Origin: an uncultured archaeon
GTDB lineage: Archaea; Thermoplasmatota; Penumbrarchaeia; JASLWR01
DNA length: 64,000 nt
Reading direction: 5' to 3'
Assembly (NCBI GenBank): GCA_964430885.1
Contig: CAYSHM010000012.1
Coordinates: forward strand, 1-64,000
The position numbers and the translations under genes are program-made. The notes under the pieces are model-generated. The model was not told where the DNA came from, ran no database searches, and saw only the letters and a program-made list of their open reading frames with translations. Of the stretch, positions 50,172-59,730 are shown piece after piece. The first letter of the stretch is position 1. Every line of letters starts with the position of its first letter.

Positions 50172-53100
50172 TCAAGGTGGCGGAGGCGGGCTTTTCTTTT
50201 CCACTCCCGGTGGCGGTGAATCAGGAGGTATTTCCGGTGGTGCAGGTACAGGTTCAGGATCGATTATTTCCACAGCTTCAACCATGGGTATTTCCTCCTC
50301 CTTATTGTCCTTGGGCAGTTCAACTTCAACCTTCACCTCTAAATCCATCTTCTTCTCTTTCTTCTGCGGCTCCTGATCTTTCTCCAGTATCTCGAAGAAT
50401 TCCTTGGTGGATTTTGCACCATCGTCCTTTGTAATGTCGCCCGGCATACTGATCGGGCTCCTCAGATCGATATTCCTCACCGAGGACTGCTGGGGCAGTG
50501 CCTTGATCTGTCTTGCACCTTTGGACATCCCGTACCCAACTGTCTTTCCGGGAATATGAATTTCAGGCAGGTTCTGGGTTGAAGCAGGCAATGCCATGAG
50601 ATCGGGTTTACTGGATGACGGCAACTGGGCCCTCTCCGCATTGTAGATCGCCATGGAGACCCTTTTGGCCTTGGGATCCATCAGAGGAGTGTCCGAAATT
50701 CGAGTGACACCCTCAGGTCTTCTCCTTTTCCTGCCTCTTGAAGCCAAGCCGTCTACGGCTACAGTGTCTGTGTAGTCAACACCACCGTCCTCCCAGCGGT
50801 TTCTCCTCCTGACAATTACAATTAGCAGGATCAGGAGTAGAAGTAAAATTACTAGTATTATCCAGAACCAGTTATTCTGATGCAGGGCTTGAGAATCAGT
50901 TTCCTTTTTCTCCTTTACCAAGGGTAGAATAGACCTTGAAGTATCACCGCTAACTGAGGTAAGAGTTACATCCAGCTGGTTGCCGGCTGCTTTATGGTCG
51001 AAGGTTTCCATTATAGTAATGGTCATTTCTAGTGAAAGTCCCTGTCCGGGTTCCAAGGTGTAATTCATCTTGCCTTTCAGCGAGATCTGAACGTTATCTA
51101 TGTCTTTCAAATTCAGCGTCAATTGATCCTGGATAGTACCTCGATTTGATATATTGAGCATTACCTTGTACTGCCCGCCCTTCACAACCTCGAGCTGCTC
51201 ATCCATGAATTCTACAAAGGGTTCAAGTTTTCCGACATATAATTTATGATAATATGTGGAGGAGTTCTTTATTCCGTCAGAGGTCCTTATCTGGACATAA
51301 TAAATCCCGTCGGGAAGATAGCTTGTCACATTGTAAGAGTTGGTCATCGTCACCTGCCAAGATAGATATTGATTGCCTTCGGGTTCCGAGCCTATTTGGA
51401 TGAAGTAGAAAAGATTATTAACATCCTTTGGATTTTCATCTGTAGCGCCGCTCCAGCTGAGGGACGGATACCTTTCAGGTGTGAATGTCGGTTCCACCTG
51501 GGTCGGAGCCGTGGGAGGTATGTTTCCTTCTACGGTTATTGTAATTATACCTGTCAGGATCTCTGATACAAGACCGTCTGGATCTTCGCATCTTATGCTT
51601 ACATAGTATGTCCTGTAGGATAGATTCTGGACCACCTGGAAGTAGGTGGACTCACCCGTAGGTGTCCAGTCTATAATATTACCATTTCCTTCTTCGGTCC
51701 CTATACGTATATAATAGGAAAGGGTATCTTCGTCCTCGTCATATCCCTCGGTCCAAAATATAAGCGGGGTGGGATCTCCGGTCTTCTTGGGCTCTAGAGA
51801 AGTTGGGGGGTAGGGCCGGTGGTTGCTTTGGGTAAGGACTCGGAACATATGGTCACTGGGGTAGGATTCCAGGACCCCATCGTGGGACCATAAACGGATA
51901 TAGTAATCATTCCCTCTGACCAGCGGTTTTTCCATCTGATAACGAGCTTCCTCTCCCGTTGTTCTCTTGTTGAGAACATCGTCCTTTCCCGGTCCTGTGC
52001 CTATTTGGATGAAATATGTGAGATTGTCCCCGTCGATATCGTAGGCTCCGGACCATTGTATGTTGGGAAGCGTTTCCTTGGTGTGTTTTGGATCTATGGA
52101 AGTGGGAGGTGAAGGAGGTGAATTAATATCCTCCATAATGCTTAGTACTTCCTCGTGAACAATGGAGAAAAAATCCATATCCTTGGACCATACCTGAATG
52201 TAATAGTTGCCATGAGGGAGGGGTTTTGTGATGTCGTAGAAGTTATTTGTTCCTGTGGATTTCATCAGAAGTATATCATTGCCTGTGGAAAAACTCCCTA
52301 TCTGGATATAGTAGGTCAGGGGATCCTCATCCAGGTCTACCGCAGTGTCCCAAACGATTCTCGGAGTCTGCTCGGCTGTTTGATCAGGCAATATCCAGGT
52401 GGGAGGTGAAGGAGGGTTGTTGTTTCTCAAGTTAAGAATAACATCCGACATGTCCGGATCAATAATGCTTTCCACGCCATGGTCGTCCGCGACCTTGATA
52501 TACATGCCATATTCACCCGGTTCCACAAGGTCGTTGGGATCAAATTCATATGATATCAGGTATCCTGCCCGGGTGTTTTCTATCGATAGCTCTTCAACAT
52601 TTCCTGGCTTCTCCTGGTTAATAAGGAAATATTCCGCCGACCCGTTGACCATCTTTATCTTCAGGGTAAATGTGAAGTTGTTAGGAGGATACGGGTCCTG
52701 GTCCTCTAATTGGAAGGATATGTCCGTTGAGTGCGCACCCGGGATAGGTATGATACTGCTGCTCAGCGATAGGGAATCAGGGTCAATGAAAGGGCTGTAA
52801 TTTGTTGTAATATCCAATTGATAGAGACCGCTGGTATCATCAATGATCAGCTTATCCGTGTTCCCGTCATAAACCTCGAAATAGAACTGCCAAATTCCGT
52901 CCATTATATATGGTTCCGGTGAAAGATGGAAACTAAGTCGGTACTGACCCGGACTAACGATTTTGAAATCAGCGTTATCCTCATTCATTATGCTGCCGTT
53001 CAAAAGGACCTTTTCCTCACCGCTGAAGGTTTCCTTCAGTACCATCTTTCCTTGGAAGACCGACAGGGGATGGAGATCGTCATCTTGAAATGTGAATGCA

Positions 53101-54710
53101 TATTCTGTGGTTTCATCAATAGCAGGATTCAGGGTTTGATTTGTTATCTCCGCCATGAGTCCGAACGTAGCCTCATGTAAATGATATTCAATCTTTATAT
53201 TTTTCAGGATGGGAGTTGTATGCAGGTCTAGCCCAGTGTTCACCAGATCCACCTTGAACCTAATCCACCTTTTATTCTCGGATGTTATCTGTTCTGGTGA
53301 TCCAGCATAGGCCTCTGACCAGTTCCCCCATTGTCCCGGTTCGTCTGGGTCATCATTGCTGGATGAAGCCGTTTGGGTGTATATTAGGACCTCAGTTCCC
53401 AGGGGAGTTTCAGTTTCGAAGCTTATGGAATCATAATGAGGAGAGGTATTGTTGGTATCGAAGGGCTTGGACAAGTAGGAGCCTGTGGGTAAATACTCCA
53501 AAGGAAAATCGAATTCTTGGTTCAGGCTTTCATAGGTTCCTACTGCACCGTCATCTCCCTTTTCACCTACTCGGCTGGGTTGTGTAGCTGTCCCAGGGAT
53601 ACCTCCTGCCCCACCGGAAACATTCACTCCGTCCAGGGAATCATCAACAGCACTATCCTCAAAGAATACCTTGACCCTACCGCCTGATCCGCCGCCTCCG
53701 CCACCTCCGCTTTCACCCCAATTGACAAATGTGTTTCCTGAATTCCCTCCGTTACCGCCTCTAGCGTCAATTATACACCCGGATCCCAACAACACATCGT
53801 TTCCCACCAGCATTATTCCTCCACCTGATCCGCCACCTCCTCCCCCGCCGACATCGCCGTTATCCCCTGAATTTCCGCCCTTTATACCATTTGCCTCTAT
53901 TGTACCGTTGATATATATGTTCTCAGCATGGATCAAGATGTTACCGCCGCCGTTACCGCCTGATCCGCCGTCCGTATCGGCGTCCCCTCCATTCCCGCCT
54001 TTGCTGCCTATGCTGATCTGGAATCCGTTGCCGGAACCATGTTGATCGCCTCCTTCACCACCATCACCTCCGCCCCATCGTGGACCGTCACCGCCGTCTC
54101 CACCGGTATTACCGTAGCTGCCTCCGCCGCCACCGCCACCACCGGACCAATCAGCATTTTCACCATCCTCCCCCTTTCCGACAACTTCAAGACCCAATCC
54201 GGATAGTACAATGGTGCTTCCATCATGCATAATGAAATTTCTAGCGTAAACCTCAAGACTGTCCGAGCTTTGGGGTTTTAGGATCGAACCGCTGTTAAGG
54301 GTGAAGGTCTCCACGTAGATGGGAAGGTCGGTTGTATGTATGCCGAAAATATCCAGATCTGCCTCATCAGTGACCAGTCTCAAACCGCCGTCGTCATTGT
54401 GAAATATGAATACCTGATCGCTTTCTTCCTCGAATATTTCAAATTCGCTCTGGTCGTTCACCGTGAAATTGAGTATTTTCGGGGTATATCTGACAGTGGA
54501 TATGTCCTGTTGATCTTTACCTGTTAGCCTGTCTACTTCGATCTCACCATTTAATATTTCAATTCTGCCTTGCGGTAATACCAAAAGGTTTGTTCCGAGC
54601 AATAGGATCACTATTGTTAGCGATAATATCATAGTTCTATCTGACATCTTACAACCCCTAACTGAAATGCGGTCAATAGCATATATTAAATATTTTAGAG
54701 AAAACACCAT
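50172..54710 (-). CDS. Single-pass surface protein with glycine-rich domain, four ~100-aa FN3/Ig-like repeats, TM and polyproline C-terminus
   Basis: Several GGGGGGGSGG runs, 4x NxPP.PPT...P.I.W..A.D.D...L.Y.IQIG, TM WFWIILVILLLLLILLIVIVRRR, ending SPPPPP. Probable start is ATG 54647 (SD AGGGG). Confidence 0.82.
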   Translation of the reverse strand: MVFSLKYLIYAIDRISVRGCKMSDRTMILSLTIVILLLGTNLLVLPQGRIEILNGEIEVDRLTGKDQQDISTVRYTPKILNFTVNDQSEFEIFEEESDQVFIFHNDDGGLRLVTDEADLDIFGIHTTDLPIYVETFTLNSGSILKPQSSDSLEVYARNFIMHDGSTIVLSGLGLEVVGKGEDGENADWSGGGGGGGGSYGNTGGDGGDGPRWGGGDGGEGGDQHGSGNGFQISIGSKGGNGGDADTDGGSGGNGGGNILIHAENIYINGTIEANGIKGGNSGDNGDVGGGGGGGSGGGIMLVGNDVLLGSGCIIDARGGNGGNSGNTFVNWGESGGGGGGGSGGRVKVFFEDSAVDDSLDGVNVSGGAGGIPGTATQPSRVGEKGDDGAVGTYESLNQEFDFPLEYLPTGSYLSKPFDTNNTSPHYDSISFETETPLGTEVLIYTQTASSSNDDPDEPGQWGNWSEAYAGSPEQITSENKRWIRFKVDLVNTGLDLHTTPILKNIKIEYHLHEATFGLMAEITNQTLNPAIDETTEYAFTFQDDDLHPLSVFQGKMVLKETFSGEEKVLLNGSIMNEDNADFKIVSPGQYRLSFHLSPEPYIMDGIWQFYFEVYDGNTDKLIIDDTSGLYQLDITTNYSPFIDPDSLSLSSSIIPIPGAHSTDISFQLEDQDPYPPNNFTFTLKIKMVNGSAEYFLINQEKPGNVEELSIENTRAGYLISYEFDPNDLVEPGEYGMYIKVADDHGVESIIDPDMSDVILNLRNNNPPSPPTWILPDQTAEQTPRIVWDTAVDLDEDPLTYYIQIGSFSTGNDILLMKSTGTNNFYDITKPLPHGNYYIQVWSKDMDFFSIVHEEVLSIMEDINSPPSPPTSIDPKHTKETLPNIQWSGAYDIDGDNLTYFIQIGTGPGKDDVLNKRTTGEEARYQMEKPLVRGNDYYIRLWSHDGVLESYPSDHMFRVLTQSNHRPYPPTSLEPKKTGDPTPLIFWTEGYDEDEDTLSYYIRIGTEEGNGNIIDWTPTGESTYFQVVQNLSYRTYYVSIRCEDPDGLVSEILTGIITITVEGNIPPTAPTQVEPTFTPERYPSLSWSGATDENPKDVNNLFYFIQIGSEPEGNQYLSWQVTMTNSYNVTSYLPDGIYYVQIRTSDGIKNSSTYYHKLYVGKLEPFVEFMDEQLEVVKGGQYKVMLNISNRGTIQDQLTLNLKDIDNVQISLKGKMNYTLEPGQGLSLEMTITIMETFDHKAAGNQLDVTLTSVSGDTSRSILPLVKEKKETDSQALHQNNWFWIILVILLLLLILLIVIVRRRNRWEDGGVDYTDTVAVDGLASRGRKRRRPEGVTRISDTPLMDPKAKRVSMAIYNAERAQLPSSSKPDLMALPASTQNLPEIHIPGKTVGYGMSKGARQIKALPQQSSVRNIDLRSPISMPGDITKDDGAKSTKEFFEILEKDQEPQKKEKKMDLEVKVEVELPKDNKEEEIPMVEAVEIIDPEPVPAPPEIPPDSPPPGVEKKSPPPPP

Positions 54711-55020
54711 TTATGGCTTCTAAACCAATAGAATCGATGATAGAAAAACTTTTCTCCGTAATATATTTAAATGTCCCTTGTGTGTCTTCTTCATTACCAA
54801 ACACCTATAAATTACTACTAATTGTATATGATGTATAATGGAACGATACATCTATATATAATGATTTTTCATTAATTGATTAATTGGCCTACTGTGAATC
54901 AAATGATTGGTGGTTATGTAAAAAGGTGAGCTTTAGGTCTAGGGAATTACAGGTAAGATTTATGATCAGATTTGCAGATTTTCAACTAATTACAGTCTTT
55001 ACAGTTGAATTGTATGTATA

Positions 55021-55422
55021 ATGAGTGAGGGTTTTTTAATGGATACATTGACGGTAGAGAGTCTAGGGAAGGCGATCATGAAGAGTATCGGGGAGTTTGA
55101 GATGTCCGAGATTGAGGCCAAAGGGATGGCTACTCATATTCTCAATTTTTTCGGTTATAGTGAAAGGATAATCGATAATGTTCTTCATCCGGATGACCGG
55201 GATCTGTTCTATATGATGGAGGATAATGGTCTAATGGTCACTTCAAGGGAAGAGACCGCGCTTTTTGACGGCAGGGACTGGCGGATCCATTACTGGTTGT
55301 TCAAGAAGGACAGGATACTGGAATTGGCCCGTATGGATGACAACAGGGCCGTGAATGATGACGATAATGAAATGTCGGAGCTTTACAACAGTATACCTGA
55401 GGATGCCTGGTCTAGGATGTAG
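55021..55422 (+). CDS. DUF6015-like winged-helix protein (Thermoplasmata type)
   Basis: ILNFFGYSERIIDNVL...RDLFYMMED.GL...REE...DGRDWRIHYW. Probable start is ATG 55039. Confidence 0.75.
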   Translation: MSEGFLMDTLTVESLGKAIMKSIGEFEMSEIEAKGMATHILNFFGYSERIIDNVLHPDDRDLFYMMEDNGLMVTSREETALFDGRDWRIHYWLFKKDRILELARMDDNRAVNDDDNEMSELYNSIPEDAWSRM

Positions 55423-55426
55423 TTAG

Positions 55427-56575
55427 ATGGATTCTGCTGGTTCCCACCTGGTTTTTCTGGCCAAGTACCCATTTCTTTCAGCAACCAGGGAATATCTCAA
55501 AGAGAGCGGCCCATCTCTGGAAACAATTTTGGCTTCACCCACTTACAGCGAGGTCCGACAGCGTGCGTTCTTGCGTGTAAGGGAAGCTTTGAATGCCGGG
55601 CTGGTTCCAAGACCTGTGCTTCTGGATGAGGTGGGTGTGGAAAATGAGATACTATCCTATCCTCTTGCCCGTATGCTGGTTTCCGCTGTTGACGATCCAT
55701 TTCTCATTTCGCGCTATACCTTGGCAGAATCCAAGACCGCCTCCAAGGCCTTTGAGAAGGAGGATACGGAGAGCATTGTTGAAGTATCTCTTGATCAGGA
55801 ATTGGGGAAGGTGTACCTTACGAAACTACCTTCATACGAGATAGGAGACCTACTCAAGGATTTTCAGATACCATCAAGGTATGATGCCTTGATACATTTC
55901 TCAGATTTTCTTTCCGTTTCAATAAGCTTCAATGCCTCAAAATGGAAATTGGTCAACAGGGATATGTTTAGAGGTTATGTAGGGCTGACCAAAGAAGAAT
56001 TGGGTCGGCTTCTTGAGGAAAAGGTCAGAAAGAATATCCAAGAGGGACTTCCGGTTCCGGTAAACGATATGATAAAGGAAGCCTTTAAGGAACAGATTGG
56101 TGTTCTGCGGGGATTGGTTGCCGAACAGAAGGCGAAATTCAGGGAGAAGGACCTGGGAGAATATTCAACAGAACGTACGCCTCCCTGTGTGAAGAATATT
56201 ATGGAGATGCTCGCCTCCCATGAAAATCCCTCCCATGAGGCCCGTTTCTTTTTGGCAACATTTCTTGTCCATATTGGATTTGGAATAGATCGAATGATGG
56301 CTGTTTTCAGCAGAGCTCCTGATTTTAATGAGGATATTGCCCGCTATCAACTGGAGCAGATCAGCGGAGATATATCGGGTACCAAATATACCCCTCCGTC
56401 GTGCGGAACGCTTAAGACCAAGGGATTATGCCTTTTTCCTGACAGCCTGTGCGGCAGGGATTGGATGACCCATCCTCTCACCTATTATAAGATTAAAGGC
56501 AGAAGTTTGAAGGCCGGAAACCAGAAGTTCAGCAATGGGGAAAAGGCAGCAAATGGCGAGAACAATAAGGATTGA
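55427..56575 (+). CDS. priL: Archaeal DNA primase large subunit
   Basis: AKYPFL, EILSYPLARMLVS, WKLVNR...GYV, PPCVK...NPSHEARFFLATFL, DFNEDIARYQ, YTPPSC.TLKT.GLC...C and HPLTYY. Confidence 0.93.
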   Translation: MDSAGSHLVFLAKYPFLSATREYLKESGPSLETILASPTYSEVRQRAFLRVREALNAGLVPRPVLLDEVGVENEILSYPLARMLVSAVDDPFLISRYTLAESKTASKAFEKEDTESIVEVSLDQELGKVYLTKLPSYEIGDLLKDFQIPSRYDALIHFSDFLSVSISFNASKWKLVNRDMFRGYVGLTKEELGRLLEEKVRKNIQEGLPVPVNDMIKEAFKEQIGVLRGLVAEQKAKFREKDLGEYSTERTPPCVKNIMEMLASHENPSHEARFFLATFLVHIGFGIDRMMAVFSRAPDFNEDIARYQLEQISGDISGTKYTPPSCGTLKTKGLCLFPDSLCGRDWMTHPLTYYKIKGRSLKAGNQKFSNGEKAANGENNKD

Positions 56576-56645
56576 TAGGGCAATAATTTTAAAAAATATG
56601 AGATTATGCAATTTTCCATCATTTCAATTTATCATCAATGTAATA

Positions 56646-57485
56646 TCATCTTTTCTCAAGGCCGCCGCTTCTCACGATCTCATATCCATTGTCATTAAAA
56701 AGTTCCTCAAGATGTCGTCTTACCTTTCCCTTCATTGATTTTCGATGAATGTAGACCTTGGTTGCACCGGGAGTTTTTTTCAAAGCAGATAGTATAGCTC
56801 CATCGTCGGCGCCCTTCAAACCCCAATTGGGGATCATATGCCCGAAGGCCGCATTGAAATCTTTTACAATGTCAGTGAATCTGGGGCAGTAATGGCCCCC
56901 TCCTATTCCAGAGATAATTTCCCCGGAATCCGGACAATGCGGAATGTCTAAAATAGATTTGGCCACGGCCTTTCCTGCCTTTGGGTCGCGCCATTGTTGC
57001 TCTCCGCTGCCGATCTCGATGAACATGGTGGGAGTGTCCAAATATGGACCATGGTGAGTTGCCTCAAAACATATCTGGTAGTCCTTACTGCATCCTATGT
57101 CACTAGCATGTTTTTTTAGATTCAGAAGGGCTCCGCTCATTTCATGGGGCATTGATGGGACAAGTGTGGATTCTCTTCCGCCGTATCTGGCCTCTGAAAA
57201 ATTGCCTATTGGATGGACTGTTAAGGACGCAGTACCTGACTCAGCCTTATGACGGGATGCGAATATCATCTTAGAAAAATCTATGCTGGTGGAATTTCTT
57301 ATTTGAGCATCCAGTTCCTCTGATTCAATATGGTGGTCGGTATTTATGATCATGGTAAGTTGGTCAAAACGGAAAATGGGTTTTCCTCTGAACTCTCCCT
57401 CTCTTTTCCATGAGATGAGTTCTAATAGGTTGTTCATAATATTGACGGATGCTAGGTCCACCGAGGAGGTAACTACCAAATACAA
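56646..57485 (-). CDS. dtdA: D-aminoacyl-tRNA deacylase (archaeal DTD2)
   Basis: DLASVNI, FASRH, LTVHPIGN, FEATHHGP, FIEIGS and GIGGGHY. Confidence 0.92.
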   Translation of the reverse strand: MYLVVTSSVDLASVNIMNNLLELISWKREGEFRGKPIFRFDQLTMIINTDHHIESEELDAQIRNSTSIDFSKMIFASRHKAESGTASLTVHPIGNFSEARYGGRESTLVPSMPHEMSGALLNLKKHASDIGCSKDYQICFEATHHGPYLDTPTMFIEIGSGEQQWRDPKAGKAVAKSILDIPHCPDSGEIISGIGGGHYCPRFTDIVKDFNAAFGHMIPNWGLKGADDGAILSALKKTPGATKVYIHRKSMKGKVRRHLEELFNDNGYEIVRSGGLEKR

Positions 57486-57667
57486 ATGAAGACCAACTGA
57501 ACTTGTATTGGAATCAAAGCAATAATGGGTCTGTGATCACTATCAATTCTGATAATTTAAATTGGAAGTAAGCAGTCCAGAATACCCAATAACAATTCCT
57601 GAATCTGGAATAATAACAGTAATGAGCAAAGTAATAAGGCCTGCCCATCTCATTTTTGAATAACCGA

Positions 57668-58033
57668 TTACTTCTTGCTAGTACGATCTATTTTAATAGG
57701 TCCGGGGGTCACCATAACTATGCCCCTGTCGATCTGGGCCAGATCCCCGTTGACCTCAGTGGCGGCCCTTTTCAGCTCACTGGTTATTCTCTTCAATTCT
57801 ATGGAATCTCCTGTTAGAGCCTTTGTATCAAGGACCAGTATGTTCTTGTTGTATACCAGATCGGTCAATTCTCTTACGTCCTGAAAACTGTTGATGTGTA
57901 TCTTCTTGACCCATATGGTGTCCCTTTCAGGCGGATTCATTCCTGTGAAGTCCTTCTTTCCCAGATCAATATATTGTCTTGGTACCTCTGGCTCTTCTAT
58001 TATTTCCTTCTTACCTCTCTTAAAAAGTCCCAT
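57668..58033 (-). CDS. sepF: Cell division protein SepF
   Basis: N-terminal amphipathic MGLFKR, YIDLG, VYNKNILVLD, ELKR...VNGDLAQI and VMVTPGPIKIDR. Confidence 0.85.
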   Translation of the reverse strand: MGLFKRGKKEIIEEPEVPRQYIDLGKKDFTGMNPPERDTIWVKKIHINSFQDVRELTDLVYNKNILVLDTKALTGDSIELKRITSELKRAATEVNGDLAQIDRGIVMVTPGPIKIDRTSKK

Positions 58034-58328
58034 TCCAATTACCTCTTATTTGCCTTTTTGTTTTTCATGGATATATGCCCTAAACCCCCATGCAAACGAA
58101 TGCAAAGGACATACAAATACCCATCATTTTTTCCAACTATAAATATTTTATAAATGAAATATACTTAAAAAATAATTAAATCCCCGAAATATGGGAATAA
58201 TCACATCCAGATTGCAATGAGAACCAAGTAAGTGTAAGAAGGGAACCAATATTAACTTCAATTTCAAATCAAGGATATGAATTCCATTAAATAATATGCT
58301 ACATAATCAGCTCATTCACGTGGATTGA

Positions 58329-59702
58329 ATGACTGAAAAGATCATCAGAAAAAGGGTCTCGGTAATTGTAGTGGGCGGAAATGTCGCAGGTGCATCAACA
58401 GCATCAGCTTTGGCAGAAAGGGGGGTAGATGTAATGCTACTTGAGAGGCGGAAGATCAAACAGGTGGGATTCGGTCTGTTCGGTGATGCTCTGGCCTATC
58501 ATCAGTTCAGGTCAGTGGGTATGGAGATTCCGGAAGGTGATTTCATAACCCGCGATCTCACCAATGTCACGGTATATTCACCGGATGAGACCACATCACT
58601 TTCATTTGATAATGTAGGCAAGAGTATAAACAGATATGACTTCAACCAGCATCTGCTGGACCATGCCAGGGCCTCCGGTGTTAAGATAGTCGGGTCGACA
58701 GTAGGCATTTCACCAATATTGGAGGATGGGTTTGTTGTCGGGCTTGAAGTCAAGGATCCGATAAAGGAAGAAGAATGGATTGTCAGATCAGATATTCTGG
58801 TAGATGCAACAGGTGTTAAAGGCCACATCCGCCGTCAGCTTCCAGGTGCTTGCCCCATCTCGGAAACCGCACTTTTGAAGGAAACTGCAATATGCTATGT
58901 CGAGGTCAGGGAAAGGGGAAAGTATAAGGAAGAAAGAAAAATGGATGGGAAACCATTCCTTAATGGTTTTTTTTCCCAGGAATTAGCTCCAGGCGGACTG
59001 CATTGGATGGCATCGGATTTTCACAGCAGAGGAACTTATACACTTGGTGTAGGTGTGAGAAATATTGAAGGCCGCCCAAATCCCAAGGAGCAGTTCTACA
59101 AGAAACTGCTCCCCAGATATCCCTTTCTAAAAGGCCTATCCATAGTACAGTCCGGCGGAGGCCTCGTGGCTACAAGGGTGCCCTTATCCTCTTTGGTAGG
59201 TAATGGAATAGTGGCTGTTGGGGATTCGGGTTATCAGACCTGTCCCATGACGGGATGCGGAATTGCCACATCCATATTCGCCTCGGAGGTGGCTGCTGAT
59301 GTAATAACTGAAGCTTTATCAAAGGGAGATGTTTCTGAAACCGCCCTTTGGAGATATAATATTGAGTATTACAAGGGCTATGGCCACAGGCAGGCACTAA
59401 TGCAGGTGCTTTCCGATGGTGTAAGGGAAATGGGTGACCAGGGGTTGAAGGAATTGGCCAATAGCAATATAGTGAACCCTGATGAAATTAGCAGAGCGGT
59501 CAACGAGGGTAATGGCGAAATAGCCCTAATGAATAAACTTAAGGTGGGTCTTGGGCTTATGTCCCATCCAGGGGTGATATTCAAGTACCGATCTCTCCTT
59601 ATGAAAATGCGCAAGGCCAGAAAACATTTCATGAAATATCCGAAAGATCCCAGGAATCTCTCCAAATGGAAGAAAAAAGCATTGGAAATCCTGTACGGCT
59701 GA
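58329..59702 (+). CDS. Geranylgeranyl reductase family FAD-dependent oxidoreductase (DGGGPL reductase-like)
   Basis: VIVVGGNVAGA FAD-binding motif, INRYDFNQHL, VDATG and VGDSGYQTCPMTGCGI. Confidence 0.8.
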   Translation: MTEKIIRKRVSVIVVGGNVAGASTASALAERGVDVMLLERRKIKQVGFGLFGDALAYHQFRSVGMEIPEGDFITRDLTNVTVYSPDETTSLSFDNVGKSINRYDFNQHLLDHARASGVKIVGSTVGISPILEDGFVVGLEVKDPIKEEEWIVRSDILVDATGVKGHIRRQLPGACPISETALLKETAICYVEVRERGKYKEERKMDGKPFLNGFFSQELAPGGLHWMASDFHSRGTYTLGVGVRNIEGRPNPKEQFYKKLLPRYPFLKGLSIVQSGGGLVATRVPLSSLVGNGIVAVGDSGYQTCPMTGCGIATSIFASEVAADVITEALSKGDVSETALWRYNIEYYKGYGHRQALMQVLSDGVREMGDQGLKELANSNIVNPDEISRAVNEGNGEIALMNKLKVGLGLMSHPGVIFKYRSLLMKMRKARKHFMKYPKDPRNLSKWKKKALEILYG

Positions 59703-59730
59703 ATGCACCTCCAATCACTTTGTAATGGAT

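Noticed and set aside
54711-55020. AT-rich intergenic region as a replication origin
   Set aside because: No ORB-like repeats and no adjacent cdc6/orc1. A divergent promoter region explains it.
57486-57667. TCCAGA/TCTGGA inverted repeat and AATAACA repeats as an ncRNA
   Set aside because: The stem is only 6 bp and the repeats are low-complexity.
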